DNA of 64,000 nt from Myxococcota bacterium (GCA_965228475.1 OZ245817.1:3968001-4032000), one strand, 5' to 3'; positions 21,710 through 31,695 are shown, numbered from the stretch's first letter. Numbers and translations: made by a program. The notes: a model not told the origin generated them from the letters alone.

Positions 21710-23686
21710 ATGGCGCCCGCTCCGGGCGGCTCCGGCCGTCCGGAGCGGGCCGTCCTTCTCGCCCTCGCCCTCTCGGGCCTCGCGGCGGCCCTCCTCGGCC
21801 CCGCCCCGCCCGCCGAAGCCGCAAACCCCGCAGCCGACGCGGCCCTCCTCTTCGAACGCGCCGAACGCCTCGAGCTCGCCGAGCACCCGAGCTGGCGCGC
21901 GCTCCTTCACTACGAACGACGCTGGCTCCCGCCGGGATTCCGCAGCGCAGCCCAGTCGCCCGAGCTCTTCCTCGACGAACGCGGACACGCCGACGCCCGG
22001 GCCGAGCTCGAAGCGACCCTGCGCGGCCTCCTCGACCCGGCGGCGCGCTCCCGACGTGGTGAACCCGTGCGCTGCTCCTTCCCGGCGCGCGCGCTCTGGC
22101 TGACGAAGCAGCTCGGAGTCCCCGACGGGCTCTTCCCCGACGTGCCCTGCCCCGAGCTCTCCGCCTGGCGCAAGGAAGTGAAGGCCGAGACGCTCACCAT
22201 CGTCTTCCCCGAGGCGTACATGGACAGCCCGGCTTCGATGTTCGGGCACACGCTCCTTCGGCTCGATCCCGGCGGCGACGAGCCCGCGAACGAGCTCCTC
22301 GGGCACGCCATCGACTTCACCGCCGACTCGGGCGGCGAACAGGGCCCGGTCTATCTGATCAAGGGGGTCACCGGGCGCTATCCGGCCCGCTTCGGCCTGA
22401 ATCCGTTCTGGGAAAAGCTCAAGCAGTACGCCGACTGGCAGAACCGCGACCTCTGGGAGTACCCGCTCGACCTCACGCCCGGGGAGATCGAACTCGTCAT
22501 CCTCCACCTCTGGGAGCTGCGCGACGTCGAGTTCCCGTACTGGTTCTTCGACGAGAACTGCTCCTACCACCTCGTGCGGGTCCTGCAGGTGGCGCGGCCG
22601 GACATCGCCGTCACCCACGGCTTCCCGATCAGCGTGATGCCGATCGACACGGTCCGCGACGTGATCGATCCCGTGGGAACGAGCGGGCCGACCGAGTTCC
22701 GTCCCTCCCCCGCCACGCGCCTCCGCCACGCGATGGCGACCCTGCCGCGCATCGAGGTCGGACGCGCGCGCGCCCTCGCCGATGGCGCCCTCGAACCGGA
22801 TGCCCCGGAGCTCGCGGCGCTACCCGCCCCGGTGCGGGCGCGCATCCTCGGCCTCGCCTACGACACGCTCCGCTTCCGCTTCCTCGACGAAGGCGTGCGC
22901 CAGGACGACGCCCGGAAACGCGCCCACCGCCTGCTGCTCGCACGAAGCAGGCTCGGGAAGGCGGCGCCGCTCCCCGCGGTGCCGACCCCCGCGACCCGTC
23001 CCGACGAGGGCCACGGGTCGGCCATGGCCGCGCTCGCCGCCGGCGTCGAGGACGACCGGCCCTACCTCGACCTCCGCATCCGCCCGGCCCTCCACGACCG
23101 GCTCGACCCGACCCGCGGCCACTCCCCGAACGCCACCATCCGCGTGCTCGATGCCACCGTTCGCTGGTACCCCGCGCTCGGCCGCTTCCGATTCCACGAA
23201 CTCGTCGCTCTCGAGATCCGCTCGGAACCGCCGATCGACCGGCTCGCCGCCTCTCCCTCCTGGCACTTCGACACCGGCCTGCGCACCCGGCTCCGCCCCC
23301 GCAGCGATGGCGACCTCGACGCCGAACCCGTCTGGCGCAGCGAAGGCGGCGTCGGCGTGACCTTCGCCATGGCCGACGAGCTGCGCTTCAACCTCTTCGC
23401 GGAACTGCGCGCCGAGACCGGCGGCTCCCTCGACCGCGGCGGCGCCTTCGGGCCGGGCATCGCCGCCCAACTCGCCCTCGGCGCGCCCGACGAACCCTCG
23501 CGCCTTCAGTTCGGGTTCCGCGCGCACCGCTTCCTCGCCGGCGACACCGCGACGGTCCTCGAGGGCCGCGCCAACCACACGATGCGCCTCGGCGAGCACT
23601 TCGCGCTCGTCTCGGGCTTCGGCTGGAACCGCGACTCGGACAAGTCCTGGCTCGACGGCCGCCTCGAACTCCGCTTCTACTACTAG
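21710..23686 (+). CDS. DUF4105-domain (Lnb-like) outer-membrane protein
   Basis: WRALLHY, CSFPAR, SPASMFGHTLLR, YWFFDENCSY; beta-barrel-like C-terminus ending LELRFYY. Confidence 0.8.
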   Translation: MAPAPGGSGRPERAVLLALALSGLAAALLGPAPPAEAANPAADAALLFERAERLELAEHPSWRALLHYERRWLPPGFRSAAQSPELFLDERGHADARAELEATLRGLLDPAARSRRGEPVRCSFPARALWLTKQLGVPDGLFPDVPCPELSAWRKEVKAETLTIVFPEAYMDSPASMFGHTLLRLDPGGDEPANELLGHAIDFTADSGGEQGPVYLIKGVTGRYPARFGLNPFWEKLKQYADWQNRDLWEYPLDLTPGEIELVILHLWELRDVEFPYWFFDENCSYHLVRVLQVARPDIAVTHGFPISVMPIDTVRDVIDPVGTSGPTEFRPSPATRLRHAMATLPRIEVGRARALADGALEPDAPELAALPAPVRARILGLAYDTLRFRFLDEGVRQDDARKRAHRLLLARSRLGKAAPLPAVPTPATRPDEGHGSAMAALAAGVEDDRPYLDLRIRPALHDRLDPTRGHSPNATIRVLDATVRWYPALGRFRFHELVALEIRSEPPIDRLAASPSWHFDTGLRTRLRPRSDGDLDAEPVWRSEGGVGVTFAMADELRFNLFAELRAETGGSLDRGGAFGPGIAAQLALGAPDEPSRLQFGFRAHRFLAGDTATVLEGRANHTMRLGEHFALVSGFGWNRDSDKSWLDGRLELRFYY

Positions 23687-23708
23687 CTGCCCGGCGCGCG
23701 GGCCGGGT

Positions 23709-24452
23709 TCAACCCGCGGCGGAAGGCGACGCGGGCGCGATCGGCCGGCCCGCAGCGGCGCCGCGCGCGAGCTGCGGCGTCGCCCAGGCGTAGAAGAACC
23801 GCCAGTGCAGGAACAACGCGGCGAGCACCGCGCAGTGGAAGAACTCGTGGGGCCCGAAGACCCCCGGGATCAGCCAGAAGAGTTCGAAGTGGTCGACGAG
23901 CGCGCCCACGACGTAGGTCACGGCGCCCGCGGCCATGAGGTCGTAGGCGCGCCAGTGGAGCGTGAGCGGAAGGAAGAGGATCGAGGAGAGCCCGACGATC
24001 GACAGGAGGATGTAGAGCAGGAGGCCCACCCCATCCCCGAGCGAGGTCCACAGCGCGATCTTACCGAACAGGGCCGACCACGTGATCGCCCAGATCAGGC
24101 AGACCATCCACCATCGCCCGCGCCCCGAGAATCCCACCGCGTGGAACGCCGTGAGCGTGCCCGCGATCAGCAGGAAGATGGCCGAGTGGTCGATGCGCTG
24201 GAACGTGAACTTCCACGGGTGCTCGGCCGCGAGCGCGTGGTACGTCCCGCTGAACCCGAGCGCCAACACCGCCGTCAAGGAAAACAGGTAGAGCGCCGCC
24301 GCCCGCCAACGCCGCTCCCCCGCCCGACGCGCCAGCCGAACCGCCCGCCAGGCAAAGAACACCGCCCCCGCGAGATGCAAAACGCTCGACGCCGGATCCG
24401 CCACGCCAAAAAACGGCGCCGTCAACTCCCCCGACATCCGCATCCGACCCAT
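23709..24452 (-). CDS. Hemolysin III / PAQR family membrane protein
   Basis: SGTYH, RIDHSAIFLLIAGT, HEFFH; start could be 24452, 24443 or 24437. Confidence 0.85.
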   Translation of the reverse strand: MGRMRMSGELTAPFFGVADPASSVLHLAGAVFFAWRAVRLARRAGERRWRAAALYLFSLTAVLALGFSGTYHALAAEHPWKFTFQRIDHSAIFLLIAGTLTAFHAVGFSGRGRWWMVCLIWAITWSALFGKIALWTSLGDGVGLLLYILLSIVGLSSILFLPLTLHWRAYDLMAAGAVTYVVGALVDHFELFWLIPGVFGPHEFFHCAVLAALFLHWRFFYAWATPQLARGAAAGRPIAPASPSAAG

Positions 24453-24568
24453 TCAAAACGATCCCAACGAGAAACACAACCCGAGGTCGCCGAAGGCGAA
24501 ACCAGGAAGGCTGGCCTGGCTGCTCAGAATCTTGGATAGGCGGGCGATCTCCGATTCCGCCGTTGGCG

Positions 24569-24604
24569 GGGGCGAGCCATGAGCCGGAGCCCACCCCGCC
24601 CGCG
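24569..24604. repeat. Partial copy of the intergenic palindromic repeat family seen at 49921-50279
   Basis: GGGCGAGCCATGAGCCG..CCCACCCC..GCCCGCG shared with ~50240-50279. Confidence 0.7.
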
Positions 24605-24627
24605 AACGCGGAGTCCCGAGCCGCCGG

Positions 24628-26178
24628 TCAGATCTGCCGAGACTTCCCTTCCCAATAAGGATCCCGAAGCTTCCTCTTATAAAGCTTCCCATTCGGATCC
24701 CGAGGCATCTCCTCGATGAAGTCGATCGACTTCGGCGTCTTGTACTTCGCCAGATGGTCCTTGCAGAACGCGTAGATCTTCTCGCGGAAGGCGTCGTCGG
24801 GCGCGACGCCCTCTTCGGGCTGCACGACGGCCTTCACCTCCTCGCCCCAGTCGTCGTTCGGGATCCCGAAGACCGCGATGTCCGCGATGCCCGGGCAGGC
24901 CTGCATGTCCTTCTCGATCTCGGCCGGGTAGATGTTGGCGCCGCCGGAGATGATCATGTCGTTCTTGCGGTCGCTGAGGAAGAGGTAGCCGTCCTCGTTC
25001 AGGTACCCCACGTCCCCGACGGTGAAGTACTCGCCGCGGCGGCTCTCGGACGTCTTCTCCGGCGCCTTGTGGTACTCGAACTCCGCCGCACCCATGCGCA
25101 TCCAGACGGTGCCGATCTCGCCCGTGGGCACGTCGTTGCCGTCGTCGTCGAGGATGCGCAGTTCGCTGTTGGCCCAGGCCTTGCCGACCGTCCCCGGGTA
25201 CTTCTTCCACTCCTCGGGCGTCACGAGCGAGCCGCCCCCCTCGCTCGCCGCGTAGTACTCGTAGATCGTGTCACCCCACCACTCGAGCATCTTCCACTTC
25301 GTGTCCTGCGGGCAGGGCGCGGCCGCGTGGACCATGCAGCGAAGGGAGGAGACGTCGTAGCGCTGCTTCGTTTCGTCGGGCAGCGCGAGCAGACGGTTGA
25401 ACTGCGTCGGCACCATGTGGCTGTTCGTGACGCGGTACTTCTCGATCCACTCGAGCATGCTCTCGGGCGTCCACTTGTCCATGATGGCGACGGCGTGACC
25501 GAGATGGAGCGCCGACGAAGCGAACATCAGGACGGCCGTGTGATAGAGCGGCGAACCGCAGATGTGGACGTTCTCGTCTTCCTCGGTCATCCCGAACATC
25601 ATCAGGAACACGCTCTGCAGCGTGCACGTCGTGTCCGGGTCGAGCGGCGACTGCTTGCGGCGCACGCCCTTCGGCCGCCCCGTCGTGCCGGAGGTGTAGT
25701 TCATCACCAGGCCGGAGGCGCGGTCCTCGGGGAGGGTCTCCGGCTGTCCGGCTTTCAGGCTCTCGTAGTCGCGGAAGCCCTCGATGGCGCCGACGGAGAA
25801 GCACTGCTCGGGCTTCATCCCCGCCTCGTCGGCCGCCTTCTTCGCGATGTCGGCGAAGCGGGCGTCGGTGAAGAAGGCCTTCGCGTCGCAGTCCTCGAGG
25901 ATGTAGGCGGCCTCGGGTCCGGTGAGGTGCCAGTTGATCGGCACGAGGTAGAGCCCCGTCTGCGCCGCCGCGAGGTAGAGCTCGATCATCGGCGCGCCGT
26001 TGGGCAGGAAGGTCGCGATGCAGTCGCCCGGAGCGAGACCGAGCTCGCGCAGGCCGTGCGCCAGCTGGTTGTTCGCGGCGAACAGTTCGCCGCGCGTGAC
26101 CTCGGCACCCTCGGGCGTCACCAGCCCGAGCGCCGAGGGGTTCTTCTGCGCCATCACCCAGAAACCGCGATCCGCCAT
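24628..26178 (-). CDS. Acyl-CoA synthetase (FadD-like AMP-binding enzyme)
   Basis: YTSGTTGRPKG, PLYHTA, YYAASEG, ISGGANIYPAE, GKLYKR. Confidence 0.92.
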   Translation of the reverse strand: MADRGFWVMAQKNPSALGLVTPEGAEVTRGELFAANNQLAHGLRELGLAPGDCIATFLPNGAPMIELYLAAAQTGLYLVPINWHLTGPEAAYILEDCDAKAFFTDARFADIAKKAADEAGMKPEQCFSVGAIEGFRDYESLKAGQPETLPEDRASGLVMNYTSGTTGRPKGVRRKQSPLDPDTTCTLQSVFLMMFGMTEEDENVHICGSPLYHTAVLMFASSALHLGHAVAIMDKWTPESMLEWIEKYRVTNSHMVPTQFNRLLALPDETKQRYDVSSLRCMVHAAAPCPQDTKWKMLEWWGDTIYEYYAASEGGGSLVTPEEWKKYPGTVGKAWANSELRILDDDGNDVPTGEIGTVWMRMGAAEFEYHKAPEKTSESRRGEYFTVGDVGYLNEDGYLFLSDRKNDMIISGGANIYPAEIEKDMQACPGIADIAVFGIPNDDWGEEVKAVVQPEEGVAPDDAFREKIYAFCKDHLAKYKTPKSIDFIEEMPRDPNGKLYKRKLRDPYWEGKSRQI

Positions 26179-26208
26179 GTGTCCTCTCGATCTCGAATGT
26201 CGAAAAAT

Positions 26209-26222
26209 TGATACGTGTTCTA
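26209..26222. promoter_or_regulatory. KstR-like TetR operator (TnnAACnnGTTnnA, one mismatch)
   Basis: TGATACGTGTTCTA in the divergent fadD/ACAD intergenic region; TACAAT -10-like at 26235. Confidence 0.5.
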
Positions 26223-26299
26223 GTCGGGCGAGGATACAATGCCCTTGCGCCCCTGTGGAGCGCATTCGGCCGCCGCGCCCGGCCGCCCGAGGAGACCCC

Positions 26300-27511
26300 A
26301 TGGATCTCGAATACGGCAAGGAATACGACGATTTTCGCGCGGAGGTGCAGGCCTTCCTGGCGGCGGAGTGGCCGCCGAAGGGCGAAGGCGACCGCCAGGC
26401 CCAGACCCTGGCCTTCCGCGAGAAGGCCGTCGCCAAGGGCTACCTCGCCCGCAGCATCCCGAAGCAGTACGGCGGCTCCGAGCAGGAGCCCGACGCCATC
26501 CGCGCACGCATCATCCGCGAGGAGTTCGGCAAGGCCCGGGCCCCGGGCGACCCGCGCGGCATCGGCACGATGATGCTCGTCCCGACGCTGCTCGAGAAGG
26601 GCGCGGAGTGGCAGAAGGAGAAGTGGGTCGGCCCGACGGTGATGGGTGACGTCACCTGGTGTCAGGGCTACAGCGAGCCGGGCTCGGGCAGCGACCTCGC
26701 CTCCCTGAAGACGAAGGCGGAACTCGTCGACGACGAATGGGTGATCAACGGCCAGAAGATCTGGACGAGCGGCGCCCACCACGCCGACTACATGTTCTGC
26801 CTCTGCCGCACGGAGCCCGATGCGCCGAAGCACGCCGGCATCTCCTACCTGCTCATCGACATGAAGCAGCCGGGCGTCGAAGTCCGCCCCCTGCGCATGA
26901 TGAGCGGCACCGCCGAGTTCAATGAGGTCTTCCTGAACGACGCGCGCACGCCGGCGGATTGGATCGTCGGCAAGCGCGGCGAGGGCTGGCTGGTCTCGCG
27001 CGCGACCCTCAAGCACGAGCGCGATTCGATCGGCTCGGCCGCCCAGACCGTGGCGCTCTTCAAGGGCCTCGTCCGGCTGGCCAAGACGCGAACGCGCAAC
27101 GGCAAGCCCGCCATCGAGGACCCGGAGATCCGCCAGCGCCTCGCGGCGATCGAAGGGCGCGTCCGCTCCCACGAGTACTCGGGCTACATCCAGCTCACGC
27201 GCGGGAGCCAGGGCAAGAGCCCGGGGCCGATCGGGGCGATGAACAAGATCGTCTCCACCAACATCGGCCACGAGGTCGCGAAGCTCGCCCTCGACCTGCT
27301 CGACGAAGACGGCCTTCTCTCGGCCCAGAGCGCGGCCATGGGCGGAAACATCCCGAAGGACGCCCCCGCCTGGCTCACCCAGTACATGTGGAGCCTCGGC
27401 ATCGCGATCGCCGGCGGCACCGCCAACGTCCAGCGCAACATCATCGCCGAGCGGGTGCTCGGCCTGCCGCGCGACTACTACCAGCAGGCTTCGAAGGGAG
27501 CGGCCCGATGA
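26300..27511 (+). CDS. Acyl-CoA dehydrogenase
   Basis: WCQGYSEPGSGSDLASL, NGQKIWTS, IAGGT..QRNIIAERVLGLP. Confidence 0.93.
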   Translation: MDLEYGKEYDDFRAEVQAFLAAEWPPKGEGDRQAQTLAFREKAVAKGYLARSIPKQYGGSEQEPDAIRARIIREEFGKARAPGDPRGIGTMMLVPTLLEKGAEWQKEKWVGPTVMGDVTWCQGYSEPGSGSDLASLKTKAELVDDEWVINGQKIWTSGAHHADYMFCLCRTEPDAPKHAGISYLLIDMKQPGVEVRPLRMMSGTAEFNEVFLNDARTPADWIVGKRGEGWLVSRATLKHERDSIGSAAQTVALFKGLVRLAKTRTRNGKPAIEDPEIRQRLAAIEGRVRSHEYSGYIQLTRGSQGKSPGPIGAMNKIVSTNIGHEVAKLALDLLDEDGLLSAQSAAMGGNIPKDAPAWLTQYMWSLGIAIAGGTANVQRNIIAERVLGLPRDYYQQASKGAAR

Positions 27512-28581
27512 ACTTCGATCTTTCCGAAGAGCAGGAGCTGCTCCAGCAGACCATCCGCCAGTTCATCGAGAACGAGTGCCCGGTGACGGGCGTCCGCGAG
27601 CGGTTCGACGCCGAGGACGAGTTCGACAAGGAGCTCTGGCAGGGGCTCGTCGAGGTCGGCGTCGGCGGACTGCACCTGCCGGAAGAACACGGCGGCGCCG
27701 GGCTCGGCTTCCTCGACCTCGCCCTCGCCGCGGAGGTGCTCGGCTGGGGCGCGACGCCCGGCCCCTTCCTCGGTCACTCGCTCGCCGGTCTCGCCATCGC
27801 GCTCGGCGGGAGCGACGCCCAGAAGAAGGCGTGGCTCCCGAAGCTCGCCACCGGCGACGCCCTCGGCACCGTGGCCTTCCGGGACGAGGGCGGCTGGCTC
27901 CCGGGAGATTGGTCCCTCGCCTCCGGAGACCGCCTCGACGGAACGAAGCAGCACGTGCCCTACGGCGCCCAGGCCGACGTGCTCGTCGTCGGCACGGCGG
28001 GTGGCGGCCTCGCGCTCGTCGAGGGCGGCGCAGCCGGCATGGAAGCCAAGGCTGTCGAGGGCACCGACCGCTCGCGCCGGCTCCACGACCTGACCCTCTC
28101 CGGCGTCGCCGCCGAGGCGCTCCCCGAAGGCGCCTCCGCCTCCGGGCGGGTGCGCGACGCAGCGCTCGTGCTGCTGGCCGCCGATGCCTTCGGCGGAGCG
28201 AGCCGGCTCGTCGAGATGTCGGCGGAGTACGCGAAGACGCGGGAGCAGTTCGGCGTCACGATCGGACACTTCCAGGCCCTGAAGCACCAGCTCGCCAACA
28301 TGGCCATCGAGGTCGAACCCTCGCGCGGCCTGCTCTGGTACGCGAGCCACGCCTTCGACCGGGTCCCCGAGGAGTCGGAGCGCTACGCGGCGCTCGCCAA
28401 GGCCCACATCACGGACCTCTACATGCAGGTCGCGCGCGACGCCGTCGAGGCCCACGGCGGCATCGGCTTCACCTGGGAGTGCGACGTCCAGATCTGGTTC
28501 AAGCGCGCCATGTTCGACCGCGCGTTCCTCGGCCAGCCCGCGCAGCATCGGGAGCGCGCCGCGCAGCTCGCGGACTGGTAG
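27508..28581 (+). CDS. Acyl-CoA dehydrogenase family protein (probable partner subunit of a heteromeric ACAD)
   Basis: REQFGVTIGHFQALKH, HGGIGFTWE; lacks the SEP..GSD motif; ATGA-coupled to upstream ACAD. Confidence 0.88.
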   Translation: MNFDLSEEQELLQQTIRQFIENECPVTGVRERFDAEDEFDKELWQGLVEVGVGGLHLPEEHGGAGLGFLDLALAAEVLGWGATPGPFLGHSLAGLAIALGGSDAQKKAWLPKLATGDALGTVAFRDEGGWLPGDWSLASGDRLDGTKQHVPYGAQADVLVVGTAGGGLALVEGGAAGMEAKAVEGTDRSRRLHDLTLSGVAAEALPEGASASGRVRDAALVLLAADAFGGASRLVEMSAEYAKTREQFGVTIGHFQALKHQLANMAIEVEPSRGLLWYASHAFDRVPEESERYAALAKAHITDLYMQVARDAVEAHGGIGFTWECDVQIWFKRAMFDRAFLGQPAQHRERAAQLADW

Positions 28582-28611
28582 CGAAGCCCGGGGCGTTTCC
28601 CTCGCGGGCCG

Positions 28612-31600
28612 TCACACGGCCTGCGAGGGTGCCCTCCCCCGGCGCAGCCGCTCGACGAGCAGGTAGGCCGAGGGCAGGACGATCAGGGTCAGGACGGTCG
28701 AGGCTCCCAGCCCGAAGATCATCGCGAACCCGAAGGGCGACCAGAAGGCGCCGCCCCCGATGGCCAGCGGCAGCAGCCCGCCGATGGTCGTGACCGAGGT
28801 CATGACCACCGCGCGCAGGCGCAGCCGGCCCGCCTCGCGGACCGCATCCTCCACCGCCGTGCCGTCGCGTCGCAGGCGATTGACCGTGTCCACGAGCACG
28901 ATCGAATCGTTCACCGCGATACCCGCGAGCGAGATCATGCCGAGGAAGGCCATGAAGGAGAACGGGTTCCCCGTCGCCGCCAGGCCGAGGCTCGCTCCCA
29001 TCAGCGACATCGGGATCGCCAGCACGATGAGACACGGCTGCGCGATCGATTGGAAGCGCACGACCAGGATGATGTAGATCAGGAACACCGCGAAGACGGC
29101 CGCCTGGAGCAGCGAGACGAAGGATTCCGTCACGTCCTTCGGCTGCCCGTGGAAAGAGGCGTGGTAGCCCGGCGGGAAATCGATCTGGGAACGCACCGCC
29201 TCCTCGACCGCCTCGGCCACCGCGAGCAAGGCGGCGTCGCCTTCGATCGAAGCGCGCACGACGGACTCCCGCTGCCGCTGGAAGCGGAGGATGGCGCCCG
29301 TCGTGAAGCCGGGTTCGAGCGTCGCCACCTGGGAGAGCGGAACCGTGCGGCCGTGGGCCGGGCTGTGGAGCGGAAGGCTCGAGAGCGCCGCGACGCTGCC
29401 GCGCTGCCCTTCGGCGAGGCGCACGCGGATCGGGATCTCTTCGTCCTCCTCGCGCAGGGTCGTCGCGACGACGCCGTCCACCGCCGAGCGCAGGTTCGTC
29501 GCGACGGCCCGGTGCGGGATGCCGAGCCAGTTGGCTCGGGCATCGTCGACGACGGCCTGGATGGTGATCGGGTCGTATCCGAAGGAGTCCCAGACGTCGC
29601 GCACGCCGGCGACGCCTTCGATGATCTCCCGCACCCGCGAGGCCAGCGTGCGCAGCACGTCGAGGTCGTCCCCCATGACGTAGACCACGATCGCGTCGCC
29701 GCCCGCGTAGCCCTGCTTCAACGGGTTCGCGCGCACGAACGCCCCGGGGATGTTCGCCTTCAGGTCCGCGTCGATGCGGTCGACGACCCCGCGCGTCTCG
29801 TGGAAGGCGACGTGCTCGTGCGTGTTCACGATGACCTGCCCGACGGACTTCGAACGTTCGCCCTTGAACTCGTTGTAGTAGAACTTCGGCGCATCCTCCC
29901 CGACGAAGACCGTGAAACTCGCCACGTCCGGGTCCCCCTCGAGCCGGGCCTCGATGGCCGACATGACGGCGTCGGTCTCGGTGAGGGGCGCCCCCGGAGG
30001 CAGGCTCGCGCGGATCATGAACTGATGCCGATCCGCATCCGGGAAGAACGCCGGCGGCCAGAGCACGGCGCCGAACAGCCCGATCGCCGCGACGAAGCCC
30101 GCGAAGAACCCCGCCAGGACGAAGCCGGGCCGCCGCACCGCCGCCGCGATCACCCGGCGGTAGGCCCCTTCCAGGGGAAGGCGTGCCCAGAGCCCTCCGC
30201 TCCCGCGCGTGGGCGCGACGCGATGGACGGCGACCGAGAGGAGCGGCGTCAGGAAGTGCGAGACGAGGACCGAGCCGAGCAGCATCGCCGAGACCACGAC
30301 CGGGATGGAACGGATGAAGTCGCCGACGTCGCCGCGCATGATCATCAGCGGAATGAAGGCCGCGACGGTCGTCGCCGCGCCTGCGATCACCGCGAGGTGG
30401 ATCTCGCCGAGCCCGTTCACCGCCGCCTCCCGGGGTGAGCTCCCGCGGTCGAGGTGACGCTGGATGTTGTCGGTCACGACGATCGATTCGTCGACGACGA
30501 TGCCGATCGCGATCACGAGCGCCGCGATCGAGATCTGGTGGAGCGGGATCCCGAGAAGGCCCTGGAAGGCCATCGCCACCGTCATGGCCAGGGGGATCGT
30601 GAGCGAGACGACCGCACCCGAGCGCCAGCCGAGGCCGAGGAACGAGAGCGTGACGACGATGCCGAGCCCGAACAGGAGGCTCCCGAACAGGAGGGAGAGG
30701 CGAGCCCCCACGTAGGCCGGCTCGTCGGCGACGATCTCGATGCGCATCCCCGGCGGAAGGCGCGGCTCGTGTTCGGCGAGGAAGCCGCGGATGCGCTCGC
30801 CGAACGCGAGCGCGCTGCGGCCGGGCATCATCTCGAGGCCGAAGGCGACGGCGCGTTTCCCCCCGGCGCGCACGATCGCGTCGGGCTCGGCGACCTGGCG
30901 GCTCACCCGCGCGACGTCGCCGAGCCGGATCGGAAGCCCGCGCGGCCCGGCGCCGAGGAACACGCCGGAGAGTTCCGCGACGGCACCGAGCGCCTCGAAG
31001 GAGCCGCTCGTCTGGATCGTCGAACGCAGATCGCCGACTTCGAGCTCGCCGCTCGGCAGCTGCACGTTGCGGGCGGCCAGGGCATCGACCACGTCGGCCA
31101 GCGTGAGCCCGCGCTGCGAGAGCGCGCGGAGGTCGACCGCGACGGAGACCTCCTCGCTCGGCAGGCCGACGTGCTCCACGCGCCGCACGTCCGCGAGCCG
31201 CTCGAGGCGGCGCTCGAGGTCCCGCGCCTGATGGCGCAGCGCCGGCGCCGAGACGCCTTCGCCGACCAGGGCGAGGACGAGCGTGTTCGTCCGCGTCACG
31301 CGCGTATCGACGCTCGGCTCGCTCGCCTCGTCCGGAAGCCGCTCGCGCGCCTCCTGGACCTTCTGGCGGATCTCCTGCAGCCGCTCCTCCCCCGGCGCGG
31401 ACTTGTCCACGACGATGAGGAGCCAGCTCGCTCCCGTGACCGAGCGGCTCACGATCTCCTCGATGTCGTCGACCTCGGCAATGGCGTCCTCGAGGACCTC
31501 CGAGACGAGGCGCTCGACCTTCTCCGGCTCGGCACCGGGCAGGTACGTCACCACCTGGGCGAAGCGGTCCCGCAGCGCCGGGTTCTCCTGGCGCGGCAGC

Positions 31601-31695
31601 GACAGGAAGCTCAGATAGCCGTGGATCAGGAGCAGCAGAGCGACCAGCGCCACCACCATGGGCCGCTTCACCGCGAAGCTTGCGGGATTGCTCAC
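28612..31695 (-). CDS. RND efflux transporter permease (AcrB family)
   Basis: 1027 aa; GIVVDESIVV, GIAVNDSIVLVD, RLRAVVMTSVTTIGGLLPL. Confidence 0.93.
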   Translation of the reverse strand: MSNPASFAVKRPMVVALVALLLLIHGYLSFLSLPRQENPALRDRFAQVVTYLPGAEPEKVERLVSEVLEDAIAEVDDIEEIVSRSVTGASWLLIVVDKSAPGEERLQEIRQKVQEARERLPDEASEPSVDTRVTRTNTLVLALVGEGVSAPALRHQARDLERRLERLADVRRVEHVGLPSEEVSVAVDLRALSQRGLTLADVVDALAARNVQLPSGELEVGDLRSTIQTSGSFEALGAVAELSGVFLGAGPRGLPIRLGDVARVSRQVAEPDAIVRAGGKRAVAFGLEMMPGRSALAFGERIRGFLAEHEPRLPPGMRIEIVADEPAYVGARLSLLFGSLLFGLGIVVTLSFLGLGWRSGAVVSLTIPLAMTVAMAFQGLLGIPLHQISIAALVIAIGIVVDESIVVTDNIQRHLDRGSSPREAAVNGLGEIHLAVIAGAATTVAAFIPLMIMRGDVGDFIRSIPVVVSAMLLGSVLVSHFLTPLLSVAVHRVAPTRGSGGLWARLPLEGAYRRVIAAAVRRPGFVLAGFFAGFVAAIGLFGAVLWPPAFFPDADRHQFMIRASLPPGAPLTETDAVMSAIEARLEGDPDVASFTVFVGEDAPKFYYNEFKGERSKSVGQVIVNTHEHVAFHETRGVVDRIDADLKANIPGAFVRANPLKQGYAGGDAIVVYVMGDDLDVLRTLASRVREIIEGVAGVRDVWDSFGYDPITIQAVVDDARANWLGIPHRAVATNLRSAVDGVVATTLREEDEEIPIRVRLAEGQRGSVAALSSLPLHSPAHGRTVPLSQVATLEPGFTTGAILRFQRQRESVVRASIEGDAALLAVAEAVEEAVRSQIDFPPGYHASFHGQPKDVTESFVSLLQAAVFAVFLIYIILVVRFQSIAQPCLIVLAIPMSLMGASLGLAATGNPFSFMAFLGMISLAGIAVNDSIVLVDTVNRLRRDGTAVEDAVREAGRLRLRAVVMTSVTTIGGLLPLAIGGGAFWSPFGFAMIFGLGASTVLTLIVLPSAYLLVERLRRGRAPSQAV

